The notes under the pieces are model-generated. The model was not told where the DNA came from. It did not search any database and saw only the letters and a program-made list of their open reading frames with translations. Of a stretch of 64,000 bases of DNA, positions 28,467 through 38,179 are shown in pieces. The position numbers and the translations under genes were made by a program. Source of the DNA: a virus. Position 1 is the stretch's first letter. Every line of letters begins with the position of its first letter. Location of the stretch: IMG/VR virus record IMGVR_UViG_3300031231_000003, positions 1 through 64,000 of that record. One strand, 5' to 3'.

Positions 28467-29161
28467 AATTTGAACTTTACGTAAAATTGTCGACTAGGGC
28501 TCGTTTGCCAAGGTCGCTTCGTTGTGATACCTGATTCAATCACGGTGAATCCATTCTTGGTGATTCGTTCTTTTGCAAATTCTTCAGATACGTGAAGTAT
28601 CATCGGAAAATCTTCGTACGTTGTAGGATTTTCGATGTGAATGTTACCAGCGTTCTTATCATTCCTTCCGAAGTAAATGATACCACAAGAACCTTTTTTC
28701 ATCACACGTGATAGTTCAATGAGATAACCTTCAGCGACCGCCCAACAATCAAAATGTTGGAACACGATGAAGCTGTACACGAAATCAATGCTTTGTTCGG
28801 GAATCTGATTCGTCAAATGATGATACCCGTTGAATAATTCGTAGTTTTTTCGTCCCTGCGATTCAAGAAAAATTCTTGTTCTATGAAAGTCATTATGAAT
28901 GTCGATTCCAACGACTTTCTTGAAAAAGAACGCAGCCGGAAGCATCAATCGGCCGCCACCGAATCCAATTTCGAGCGCGGTACACTTTGATGGATCACCA
29001 ATCAATGGATAAAAATCGTTCGTGAAGATCTTATGAACGAAATCAGTGAATCCTGAACTTATCGATTCATTGATTGAATCGCAATCATTGAACCATTTCT
29101 GAAATTCGAGCTGGGTATTCGCTTTTGATGGACGGCTTGAAAAGTAATCTGAAGGTTTCAT
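28463..29161 (-). CDS. class I SAM-dependent methyltransferase
   Basis: ALEIGFGGGRL, VVGIDI, IDFVYSFIVFQH, RVMKKG. Confidence 0.85.
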   Translation of the reverse strand: MKPSDYFSSRPSKANTQLEFQKWFNDCDSINESISSGFTDFVHKIFTNDFYPLIGDPSKCTALEIGFGGGRLMLPAAFFFKKVVGIDIHNDFHRTRIFLESQGRKNYELFNGYHHLTNQIPEQSIDFVYSFIVFQHFDCWAVAEGYLIELSRVMKKGSCGIIYFGRNDKNAGNIHIENPTTYEDFPMILHVSEEFAKERITKNGFTVIESGITTKRPWQTSPSRQFYVKFKL

Positions 29162-29811
29162 TTCTTCTCGAATCTCACGCTCTCAAAGAACAGCGTTCCA
29201 GTTTCATCCTCAACGCATGCATTCGGATATGGATCTTCTTTGCAACGCATGAAGTTGTAAAGTTCGATTGCGGTCATCGTTTTCAATTGTTCTCGTGAAA
29301 GGAAACTATCCTTTGGTTTGAACCCCTTCAATGGCTTTTCGTGACCACTCTGCGGTCTTGGATTAACTTCGGGCCAGGCCTTAATGAAATCCACCAACAC
29401 CTCCGACGATGATCTCTCGAGCTCATTAAAGACATCGCTCATGTGACCTTTCAGTGAAAACGAATTCTGTGCATAGATCGCCCCCGCATCCAATTTATGA
29501 GTGATTCGAAACAACGTGACCTTCGATTCTTCTTGTCCATCGATTATCTGGTGTTGGATCGGTGTCCCGCCAGCGTACCTCGGAAGATCCGACGGATGAA
29601 TTCCCAGGATCATGTGTTTCTCACAAAGATCGTTCGGTACAATCCAGCTCCATGCGATCAGGAACACGAGATCGAATGATTTTTTTGTTAACGTGCTCAG
29701 CAATTGTTCTTGCGTATTTACAATCGATAATTCGATATTCTTACATCCAAATTCAACCGCATCAATAACACGGTGCGACCAATCGCGGTATCCCGCAAAT
29801 AGAATCTTCAT
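29158..29811 (-). CDS. sugar N-formyltransferase (Fmt/ArnA-like)
   Basis: GIHPSDLPRYAGGTP, KLDAGAI, RCKEDPYPNA. Confidence 0.85.
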   Translation of the reverse strand: MKILFAGYRDWSHRVIDAVEFGCKNIELSIVNTQEQLLSTLTKKSFDLVFLIAWSWIVPNDLCEKHMILGIHPSDLPRYAGGTPIQHQIIDGQEESKVTLFRITHKLDAGAIYAQNSFSLKGHMSDVFNELERSSSEVLVDFIKAWPEVNPRPQSGHEKPLKGFKPKDSFLSREQLKTMTAIELYNFMRCKEDPYPNACVEDETGTLFFESVRFEKK

Positions 29812-30512
29812 TTTGCTTTGAATCCCACGTTCTTAACGTAAAGCGTTCCGTGCTCGTCGGTGATACTTCCGTTAGGATATGGATCCTCCAAGCAACGGAA
29901 AAAATCGTACAATTGCTTCGTTGTCATGTTAGCAACGTTATCCTTTGTCAAAATACTTTCTTCAGGTTTTCTGCGAGGACGATGAACGGTAGATTCAGGC
30001 CATTGTTTCCAGTCAATGTCATGTTCTTTGCCAACACCAGGATGATCATCTAGAAACCTAGTGAATAGATCTATTGATGTGTACGTGCATTGATCAAGAA
30101 TGTCCTTCATGTTTCCAGAAAGGTTCAAATCAACCTCGTGTGACCATTCTCGCAACGAAAGTTCCGGATACCAAACTTTGAAGATTCGGTGTTTGGTGAT
30201 CTTGATACCGTCAAGTATTTGATTCTGAAGCGGTGAACCACCACTGTAAAGATCAGCTTCGGCACAATGAACACCAACGTGAAGGACTCTTTTCACCCAG
30301 TTTTCAAGCGGCTCTTCGCTCCAACCGCAGTAGATAACAAGATCGGGCGTCGAAGTAGTGGAAACAAGACCTTTACCCGTTCCGTAGTACTGAATGAATT
30401 GCTCAGATGACGAAAAACGCTTGATCGTACCGATCTTGGGGTGCTTTTTGACGGCTTCGAAGACGGGATTTGCCCATTCACGGTAAGACAAAAACGCAAC
30501 ATTAAGCGACAT
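29808..30512 (-). CDS. degenerate formyltransferase paralog
   Basis: GVHCAEADLYSGGSPLQNQILDG and RCLEDPYPN, but no DxG Asp motif. Confidence 0.7.
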   Translation of the reverse strand: MSLNVAFLSYREWANPVFEAVKKHPKIGTIKRFSSSEQFIQYYGTGKGLVSTTSTPDLVIYCGWSEEPLENWVKRVLHVGVHCAEADLYSGGSPLQNQILDGIKITKHRIFKVWYPELSLREWSHEVDLNLSGNMKDILDQCTYTSIDLFTRFLDDHPGVGKEHDIDWKQWPESTVHRPRRKPEESILTKDNVANMTTKQLYDFFRCLEDPYPNGSITDEHGTLYVKNVGFKAK

Positions 30513-31689
30513 AAATTTCCTCGCAAATTTGATTGACTCGTTTCACGATGTGAACGATATCGTCGTCATTCAACCACCAACCAACGGGGATTGCAAAGTG
30601 GTTGTTTGAAAAATCTCTGACACCCGGTAGATCAGCTTTGAATTGCTTGAAACAAGAGTACACATCGTTCGCAATGTGAACCATCCCCGTTTCAATACCT
30701 TCTTCGTTCAACCTCTTGCACAACTGTTCACGATTGATGCCTTCTTTTACAAGCATTGAATGTACCCAACATGACGGTTCACTACCAGCGGGCGTCTTAA
30801 GTGACATCACGTACTTTGAATCACGAAACTCATTCTCGTAAATCCCTGCGTTCCATCGATGCTTTGATAGAATCTTGTCAATATGCTTCACCTGTGATAG
30901 TCCCAAGGCGGCGGTCAAGTTGTTCATTGCAAACTTGTATCCCGCATCTTCAATGTCAATCTCCCAGCGTTGCCCCTTCCAGTTTCCTTCAACATCCTTT
31001 GTGCCATCACGATCAATACCAAACCATTTCAATTTCTTTGCCTGAAGGTGCTTTTCTTGGTCACTGCAAATCAACATACCGCCATCACCGGTCGTGAAAT
31101 GCTTGATAGCTTGAAAACTGTAGCAAGTGTAATCTGCAAACTCATGAACGTGCTTCCCGTTGAACCTTGCATCGTAAGCATGGGCTGCGTCGAGGATCAA
31201 AGGAACGTTGAATTTCTTGCACAGGTCGTAAAGTCGTTCAAGCTCTGGCGGAATTCCTGCCCAGGCGACGACGATCACAGCTTTGATCAAATCTGAGCCT
31301 TCAAGTTTTCGTTGCAAATCATTAACGTCCATGCAACCTGTTTGGGCATCGATATCAACCCATGTGATGTTCGATTTTTCGTTCAAAATAGGGCAGTTTG
31401 AGGCTACACATGTCATCGGCGACGTAGCAACGTCGTATCGTACTTCCGCATGTCCCTTTGATTCACGAATATCGCACAACCTCAATGCAAGAGTTATTGC
31501 AGAAGTGCAGGAGTTCAGCAAGACTAAGTTTTGGGTTTCAAAACGCCGTTGAAGTTCCTCTTGCAATTCGGTTACTTGCTTCCCCTCGTTAATGAATCCT
31601 GATTGCAACACCTTCTTGATGTTTTTCATTGCACTTGCAACGTTGATATGAACCTTGAAAAGGGGGTACTTCATACGATATTCAAGCAC
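30502..31689 (-). CDS. DegT/DnrJ/EryC1/StrS PLP-dependent sugar aminotransferase
   Basis: NSCTSAI, LDAAHA, SFQAIKHFTTGDGG. Confidence 0.92.
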   Translation of the reverse strand: MLEYRMKYPLFKVHINVASAMKNIKKVLQSGFINEGKQVTELQEELQRRFETQNLVLLNSCTSAITLALRLCDIRESKGHAEVRYDVATSPMTCVASNCPILNEKSNITWVDIDAQTGCMDVNDLQRKLEGSDLIKAVIVVAWAGIPPELERLYDLCKKFNVPLILDAAHAYDARFNGKHVHEFADYTCYSFQAIKHFTTGDGGMLICSDQEKHLQAKKLKWFGIDRDGTKDVEGNWKGQRWEIDIEDAGYKFAMNNLTAALGLSQVKHIDKILSKHRWNAGIYENEFRDSKYVMSLKTPAGSEPSCWVHSMLVKEGINREQLCKRLNEEGIETGMVHIANDVYSCFKQFKADLPGVRDFSNNHFAIPVGWWLNDDDIVHIVKRVNQICEEIYVA

Positions 31690-31780
31690 ATTTTGGGATC
31701 ATTGATAAATTCACTAATTTTAACACGAATCAATTTCAAATTTTGTTTTTCAAACCAAACATCTTGTTTAACCTCAAGAA

Positions 31781-32809
31781 TCAATTTGAAATTTCCTCAA
31801 TTGTTCTTCCTACGAAAGAAGCAAGAGAAGCATCTAAAATGCCTAACGTTGAAAGTCTTTGCCGCAAGTCATCCTTTGAAAGAACATTTTGATCACTAGA
31901 ATAACCAAAAGGTAAATTTGATTTTTCACTAAGCGCCGCATCAATTACATAATGAGTTAGCTCATTCAACGAGTTTAATTTCACGGTGGTTCGTGATGCT
32001 TCACTTTCATTTACCAATTCTTCATGCAATTTCTCTCCAGGTCTTGATCCCACTATTTTGATGGGTTTGTTTTCACGTAATTCAGAAAAAATTTCAACTA
32101 AATCACCAATTTTCATTGCTGGAAGAATTGGTATCCACGTCTCTCCGTTCTCACCTCGAGCGAGAGTTGTTTGAATCAATGAAACACTTTCATCAAGTGT
32201 CATGATAAATCGTGTCATTAATGGATTTGTCACGGTCAAAAATTCCGCATGTTCTAATTGATACTTAAAAAGCGGAATTATGCTACCACGACTTTCAAGT
32301 ACATTTCCATACCTAGTACATAAGAATTTTGTTCCCCCGTTCGCTGCTACGGAACCATATTTTTGACTTGTGACAACTCGTTCAGATATCGCTTTACACA
32401 TTCCATAAGAATTTACGGGCGAACAGCTTTTATCGGTCGATACAAATAACACCTTCTTGGGAAAGAACCTGCAATTATTGACGGCACGAATGACGTTCTG
32501 AGTGCCAGTCAAGTTTGTCGCTATGCTTTCGCCGGGAGATATTTCGCATGTATCAACCTGTTTCAAGGCCGCCGCAATGATGACATTATCGGGACGTTCC
32601 TCATTCAATGTTTGCAAAATCTTGTCGTAATCACGAACGTCACCAACAATGAACTTAACGTTCGTAATGTTCCTAACTTTGAGTTCGTTTCTCAACGTCC
32701 AATGCTTACTTTCATCACGTGAATAAACAATGACATCGTTATCACTTTGTAGGCGATCAATGAGTTTCTTACCCAATGATCCCGTACCGCCAATTATCAG
32801 GTACTTCAT
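31781..32809 (-). CDS. UDP-GlcNAc 4,6-dehydratase (PseB/CapD/FlaA1 family)
   Basis: GGTGSLG, AAALKQV, STDKS, YGMCKA, RYGNVLESRGS, RPGEKLHE. Confidence 0.92.
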   Translation of the reverse strand: MKYLIIGGTGSLGKKLIDRLQSDNDVIVYSRDESKHWTLRNELKVRNITNVKFIVGDVRDYDKILQTLNEERPDNVIIAAALKQVDTCEISPGESIATNLTGTQNVIRAVNNCRFFPKKVLFVSTDKSCSPVNSYGMCKAISERVVTSQKYGSVAANGGTKFLCTRYGNVLESRGSIIPLFKYQLEHAEFLTVTNPLMTRFIMTLDESVSLIQTTLARGENGETWIPILPAMKIGDLVEIFSELRENKPIKIVGSRPGEKLHEELVNESEASRTTVKLNSLNELTHYVIDAALSEKSNLPFGYSSDQNVLSKDDLRQRLSTLGILDASLASFVGRTIEEISN

Positions 32810-32860
32810 CTCAATTCATTTTATTCAAGAGAAACGAGTTGTATATTTGAGATGGTTTAA

Positions 32861-33463
32861 ATGGCAAAATTCAACAGATCAGAAATGCTTCAATTCGCAC
32901 TCGATAGCATCGTAACGAGTGAAGATCGTTCCTACCTTGAGATCGGGTGTAAGAATGATAGCACGTTCGCGAACATTCGGGCTGCGAAGAAAATTGGTGT
33001 CGATCCTGTTTCAGGTGGTACACATAGAATGCTATCAGATGATTTCTTTGCAACCAACAAAGAAACGTTTGATTTAGTGTTCATTGACGGTGATCATACG
33101 GCAGAACAGGTACTCACTGATTTTTTGAACGCGTGGAATGTTTTGAACAAGGGTGGCATCATTGCAATGCACGATTGTAATCCAGCAACTAGGGAACTCG
33201 AAGAACGAGAAGCTTGTGGAACCGCTTGGAAAACCGCATACACATTAAAAGATGTAGGACTTGACATGTTGATCGGTAATTTCGATCACGGACTAACGTT
33301 CGTAAAGATCAAACATCAACCAACCGATGGAATGACTCAAATCATCGGTGAGACATTCAATGAATTCATTCAAATGACGTACGACGATCTAGAAAAGATC
33401 AGAGAAACGAGCACGGTCGATGAAATCAAGGACTGGTTGATTCCAAAAGGATATGCTTTGTGA
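32861..33463 (+). CDS. SAM methyltransferase (Methyltransf_24-like)
   Basis: YLEIG, GVDP, FDLVFIDGDH, GGIIAMHD. Confidence 0.85.
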   Translation: MAKFNRSEMLQFALDSIVTSEDRSYLEIGCKNDSTFANIRAAKKIGVDPVSGGTHRMLSDDFFATNKETFDLVFIDGDHTAEQVLTDFLNAWNVLNKGGIIAMHDCNPATRELEEREACGTAWKTAYTLKDVGLDMLIGNFDHGLTFVKIKHQPTDGMTQIIGETFNEFIQMTYDDLEKIRETSTVDEIKDWLIPKGYAL

Positions 33464-34266
33464 TTCACTACCACACATTTTGCTGTGATCTAACGTACAA
33501 ACATGCGATACGTTGCATTGAACTTGCAAAGTACCTATCGGATACGTCAATCAAGTACGTTGCCTGGACTCTGAACATGTCGGATGACAACATCAAAAAG
33601 TTGTCTGACGCGGGATGGGAAATTCATCGTGTCAAGAAAACGTCATGGAACGGAATGGGAGGAAGTGTTCAACATGGTGAGGGGATGCTTGAATGTTTTC
33701 GTTCTCTAGATTGTTCTACCACGAATATCATTTCCGATAGTGACATTTACCTGATGTTCGACGGTTGGGATTCAAGCGTTCTAGAAAGACTTGATCAAGT
33801 AGATTGCATCGGTATTGGCTACGAAGACAGTTCAATTCGTGTTGGTAAACAATTTCCCATCAACGCATTTAGATCGCAGCCGGGAATTATGTGGTTAGCA
33901 TTAAAACGTGATCTACCCTGGAATCAATTCGACCCTCGACCGAACAAGTCAGATACAACACCTCTCACGGTTGGTGAACGAAAATTGTACGGTCTTCCAG
34001 CAGGTGTCGAACTTCTCAGAGACACGGGATGGCAAATTCCACAATTCCTGAAAGATAATTCGTTGACTGGAGAAAAATTCGGAGGCCCGTATTGGAATTC
34101 TAGCACGACGGACGTCAAACCTCGAATCAAGGTTGATGGCGATGATTACTACGATGAATACCACATTGACAACGATCCATTTCTTGTACATGTCAAGTCG
34201 GGACGCCGTCGAGATGGGGATGAAATCTTTGTAAAGGTCAATAAATTGATCGGGAGAACCTCCTGA
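33460..34266 (+). CDS. putative GT-A glycosyltransferase
   Basis: GSVQHG...IISDSD (DxD). Confidence 0.55.
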   Translation: MIHYHTFCCDLTYKHAIRCIELAKYLSDTSIKYVAWTLNMSDDNIKKLSDAGWEIHRVKKTSWNGMGGSVQHGEGMLECFRSLDCSTTNIISDSDIYLMFDGWDSSVLERLDQVDCIGIGYEDSSIRVGKQFPINAFRSQPGIMWLALKRDLPWNQFDPRPNKSDTTPLTVGERKLYGLPAGVELLRDTGWQIPQFLKDNSLTGEKFGGPYWNSSTTDVKPRIKVDGDDYYDEYHIDNDPFLVHVKSGRRRDGDEIFVKVNKLIGRTS

Positions 34267-35021
34267 TGCAAAAAATCGTGATCGCTACAATGTTCCAGGG
34301 GGAAGAAATCATTCGTACGTGCCTCAATACGATTCGTTTACAACAAAACGTAAAGATCGTCGAGCATCATTTGATTTCACAACCTGAATCACAAAATGAC
34401 GCCCATAAGGAACTTTATGAATTCTTCAACAATGCTCCGTCAGATTGCATTCGATTCAAGGTCGATGCAGACATCGTGCTTGCAACCGAACATGTTCTCG
34501 ATCGGATGTGTAAATCAATGAAGGGTGATCCTTTGGGACAATGCGATCCACCCGTAATTGACTTCCTGTCAAATCTCACGATCAAAGCGGGATTGACAAG
34601 CTATGGACAAGCAGTTAAATTCTCTCCTTTCGATCACAACCTTTGGTCGGATAGAAACGTTACCGTGACCAAAACGAATGTCTACGACCTTCAATTCATT
34701 GCCGGAAGCCATGCAAGAATGTCGGATGAAAGAAACGCATTTCAATACGGGCTGCGACGCGGTCTAAAATCGCAATTAGCAATCTACGCCGCTATTGCAA
34801 ATGCGAATTCCATGGAACCGAATCGAACTCGTGAAATTGCGATGAAAGGTTTTGATCTAGCACAATCCGACATGTTCAAGGACTGGCACATGATTGGTAG
34901 TGCTAGAAAGAACGAAGATGCGGGGCCGATTTGTGCGGACAGATCAACGAACGAGTTCGAACGATTGTTTCAAGAATTCATTGTCAAGAATGTAAACGTT
35001 CCAGAACGCACTTGGAGATAA
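34266..35021 (+). CDS. putative GT2-like glycosyltransferase
   Basis: N-terminal strand, CLNTIRLQ, KVDADIVL (DxD). Confidence 0.55.
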   Translation: MQKIVIATMFQGEEIIRTCLNTIRLQQNVKIVEHHLISQPESQNDAHKELYEFFNNAPSDCIRFKVDADIVLATEHVLDRMCKSMKGDPLGQCDPPVIDFLSNLTIKAGLTSYGQAVKFSPFDHNLWSDRNVTVTKTNVYDLQFIAGSHARMSDERNAFQYGLRRGLKSQLAIYAAIANANSMEPNRTREIAMKGFDLAQSDMFKDWHMIGSARKNEDAGPICADRSTNEFERLFQEFIVKNVNVPERTWR

Positions 35022-35024
35022 AGT

Positions 35025-35100
35025 TGGTCCGCCCGGTGCGAGTCGAACGCACATCTTTAGCCTTATAAGGACCGACTCTGACCAGTTGAGTTACGAGCGG
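35025..35100 (-). tRNA. tRNA-Ile (anticodon TAT), CCA encoded
   Basis: Reverse complement CCGCTCG-TA-ACTC-AACTGGTCA-GAGT-CGGTC-CTTATAA-GGCTA-AAGAT-GTGCG-TTCGACT-CGCAC-CGGGCGG-ACCA; anticodon stem is weak. Confidence 0.85.
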
Positions 35101-35106
35101 GAAATT

Positions 35107-35934
35107 TTAAAGTTCTCGTATCATTTGATCGAACGTCGGGATGTTCAATCGTTCGTTCAGATCATGGATCGTTGAAAGTGATCGATCAACACGAATTTCA
35201 TTCTCAATTGGACGAATCTTCATTCGAAGATCGTACCTTTCGTTGAACTTACATAGCATTTCATGCTTTGACAATGTGCTTGAAAACACATGGCGCTTGA
35301 CGTTGTCGTAAAGATCATTCTTGATAATATCATGACAAACATGAGCAAATTCAACATTGGTGATTCCATTCCAGAGATGGTTGGTGAAACCATCAACCTG
35401 TTTTCCTCGTTGAGAAATTGCCCATTCCAGCAAGCTGTGACTTGAATTCAACTCTCGACCGATGATGCTCGTTCTCAAAACCATGCAATTCGAGGGTTCG
35501 CCGAACTTCTTTGAATGTCCATAATCTGTATCGGGATCAAAAATATCCGTCTCAACGTAGGAACCCTTCTTTCCCGAGAATACACAATCAGTCGTAGGAT
35601 GGATCATCTTGATTTCGCGATCCTGACAAACATCAGCGAGATGTAACGGAAACGAAGCATTCAATGAAATGTATGAAGTCTTTGAATATTGCTTTTGAAC
35701 GATTGCACCAATGCAATTGATCAAAAAATCACAATCGGGAATCTGTTTGCCACCTTTTTCATGGTAAAATTCATGAGAAATATTGAATTCGAACGTACCA
35801 TCAAGACGGTCATTCGTTAACTTTCTTACCGATGGTAGGATTTCATATCCTTTCTCTCGAAGAACACGACAGACCGCGTGTCCTAACATTCCGGTTGACC
35901 CGAGGACAACCACACGTTTATTCTTCATCGTCAC
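35107..35934 (-). CDS. RmlD-like NDP-4-keto-6-deoxyhexose reductase
   Basis: LGSTGMLG, INCIG, TTDCVFSG, YGHSK, LRTSIIG. Confidence 0.88.
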   Translation of the reverse strand: MTMKNKRVVVLGSTGMLGHAVCRVLREKGYEILPSVRKLTNDRLDGTFEFNISHEFYHEKGGKQIPDCDFLINCIGAIVQKQYSKTSYISLNASFPLHLADVCQDREIKMIHPTTDCVFSGKKGSYVETDIFDPDTDYGHSKKFGEPSNCMVLRTSIIGRELNSSHSLLEWAISQRGKQVDGFTNHLWNGITNVEFAHVCHDIIKNDLYDNVKRHVFSSTLSKHEMLCKFNERYDLRMKIRPIENEIRVDRSLSTIHDLNERLNIPTFDQMIREL

Positions 35935-36018
35935 TCATTCGCTTGATCAAATCGCGTGTCAGGGGCCACAGCAACGTCTTGATAATGATCACAACGACCA
36001 AGATCCAAAAAATGCCTT

Positions 36019-36855
36019 TCACAGCTTTTCAACCCGATCGTACTTGATGATTCGATCAACACGAGTTGGCTTGTAACCCGTTCCAGCGAGATTAGTTGAC
36101 CAGCTACCAGTTACAACGCCGGGATTCGTTTCATGGTGTCCTAATTTTCCATGGTACAACCCCCCGTCAAGTAGACCGATTCGTGGATACCATGAATGGT
36201 ACATCCGCTGAAAATCATTTTCTGTGAACTGCTTGAGTTTTGAAAGTTCTTGAAAGATCTCACACATCGTGTCAAGCTGATTCAGCGAACATAACTTCGT
36301 TAAAAAATTTGTATCGTAAATCTCACCTTCGAGAGGGTTAATTCGAATCTTTTCTTGCGTGACATGGTTGACATGAGCCTCCCAAGCGTACCTTCGACCA
36401 AGAGGATGTTGCAACGTTTTATCGTAAAGATGCTGCGACTTAACATCGTATTCCTGTAACCGAATTGAACCAATATCAGAATTGTTGTTCAACGCGTTTT
36501 CGCAAGCATCGAACTTCTCGATGTCATAGTAGATCAAATCAGATTCCATGACATGGATGTACTTGAAACGTTCTTGATCATCGATCATCGTCTCAAAATT
36601 ATTCAACACGTGATCGATGGCTGACCAATATCCATTGTTCGTGCTTGAACGGTACATGTTTGCAAAATTCTTTTTCAGCATCGAGATCGCACCATCAACC
36701 GTTGAACCGTTGTCGAATACGATGAGATCTCGTTCAATGTTGAAGTTCTTTTTCGCTTGTTCGTTCTTGAGGTTTTCAATCACCTTCACGGAAATATCAT
36801 GACGAGATTTCTCCATTGAACAATTCACGAACAGGTACAAAGTATTCGATGTCAT
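36019..36855 (-). CDS. putative GT2-like glycosyltransferase
   Basis: IVFDNGS, NNGY, MESD. Confidence 0.6.
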   Translation of the reverse strand: MTSNTLYLFVNCSMEKSRHDISVKVIENLKNEQAKKNFNIERDLIVFDNGSTVDGAISMLKKNFANMYRSSTNNGYWSAIDHVLNNFETMIDDQERFKYIHVMESDLIYYDIEKFDACENALNNNSDIGSIRLQEYDVKSQHLYDKTLQHPLGRRYAWEAHVNHVTQEKIRINPLEGEIYDTNFLTKLCSLNQLDTMCEIFQELSKLKQFTENDFQRMYHSWYPRIGLLDGGLYHGKLGHHETNPGVVTGSWSTNLAGTGYKPTRVDRIIKYDRVEKL

Positions 36856-36937
36856 GATTTATAGATCCAATCCTTCGTCCTGAAAATGATCGCTAATACT
36901 ACCACGGGCAGAATGACACAACTCAACGTGTAAAACA

Positions 36938-37855
36938 TTACAAACTAGCAATCAGTCTACGATAAGGCTCGTATCCACCAGGCAATTTCATGTGTTCAAC
37001 GTTCGGAATTGTGGCGAGAGCTCGTGTAACATCAAAATTGATCGCCGATTGCGGAAGAACTTGTTCCGAAATTCCAACAGGTGTAGATACAACTGGAACA
37101 TTCAACAATGCTGCTTCAATCAGACTTTGTGGACCGCCTTCGCATCGAGATGCAACTATGTAAAGATCGGCACATTGCATTAGTTCACAGAGATCTTCGT
37201 GTTTTGGAAGTTCAAAGTAACTGTATGGAATTTTTGCTTTTATCAACCTCTGAATTGCATATTGCCTTCTCCACGCCAGTAAAAGACAATGCAGGTTTGG
37301 ATGCGTTGACGCTTTCATCTTTTCAATCGCGTCAACGAACAAATCTGCACCCTTTTCAAGTTTTGGCAAAAAATTACCCGATTGAATCGAATCTCCTTCA
37401 GTGTCCCGCTGCGCTGAGATCACGATAAAAGCATCCTGAGGCAAGCCATGTTTATCACGCAGTTTTTGCTTCGAAAATGTTGAAGGTTTGTACAAATTTT
37501 GGTTTGCCCAATAATGGATCAGCTCGATCGGTTTGTCCGTCAAAGTTTTCACAAAATCAAGAACACGCTCATTGAACACGTGGTAAACATCCGTGATCTC
37601 ATCACGTGTTGCAAAATCATGACGTTCTTCAACACCGAATTTTTCCTCAACAATATGATGAATAGTGGTGATCACCTTACGTTGTTTCAATAATTCATAG
37701 GGAATTCTTTTGTAACACCAGTCACCCAACAGCCAGATCACATCGGCATCGATGGGATGTTGAACGCTGATGTCGATATTATCCTGATCCCATTCTTTTT
37801 TGAACCTATCAACGATCCAATTCTCTTGAGGGGCTAAAACGAATACTTTGTTCAC
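36938..37855 (-). CDS. GT4-like glycosyltransferase
   Basis: EKGAD; ADLYIVASRCEGGPQSLIEA. Confidence 0.85.
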   Translation of the reverse strand: MNKVFVLAPQENWIVDRFKKEWDQDNIDISVQHPIDADVIWLLGDWCYKRIPYELLKQRKVITTIHHIVEEKFGVEERHDFATRDEITDVYHVFNERVLDFVKTLTDKPIELIHYWANQNLYKPSTFSKQKLRDKHGLPQDAFIVISAQRDTEGDSIQSGNFLPKLEKGADLFVDAIEKMKASTHPNLHCLLLAWRRQYAIQRLIKAKIPYSYFELPKHEDLCELMQCADLYIVASRCEGGPQSLIEAALLNVPVVSTPVGISEQVLPQSAINFDVTRALATIPNVEHMKLPGGYEPYRRLIASL

Positions 37856-37945
37856 TTAACATCCCAGATCTCTGAAACTTCAATGATTTTTTTTGCTAAC
37901 TTGTAGACAACAACACACCCGATCACGAATGCAACTCGTTTCCCA

Positions 37946-38179
37946 TTAATCAATTTTTTCATTTCTAATGATTCTCACGTTCCTTGTGTAATCAGCATTC
38001 AACGAATACGATGAAAGTCTTTGACGACAATTATGTAGTTCTAAACAATCGTATTCCACTGACGTTCCATAGGATGATACAAATTTCATAGAAACGATCA
38101 ACTCAACTCGATCAATGGATCCCATTGTGTCCCACAACAACAGATCACCCGGCCGAATGTCTCTAAAGGTTAACTTCAT
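37946..38179 (-). CDS. small hypothetical protein (TFRDIRPGD family)
   Basis: Paralogous N-terminus to 17785-18087. Confidence 0.55.
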   Translation of the reverse strand: MKLTFRDIRPGDLLLWDTMGSIDRVELIVSMKFVSSYGTSVEYDCLELHNCRQRLSSYSLNADYTRNVRIIRNEKID

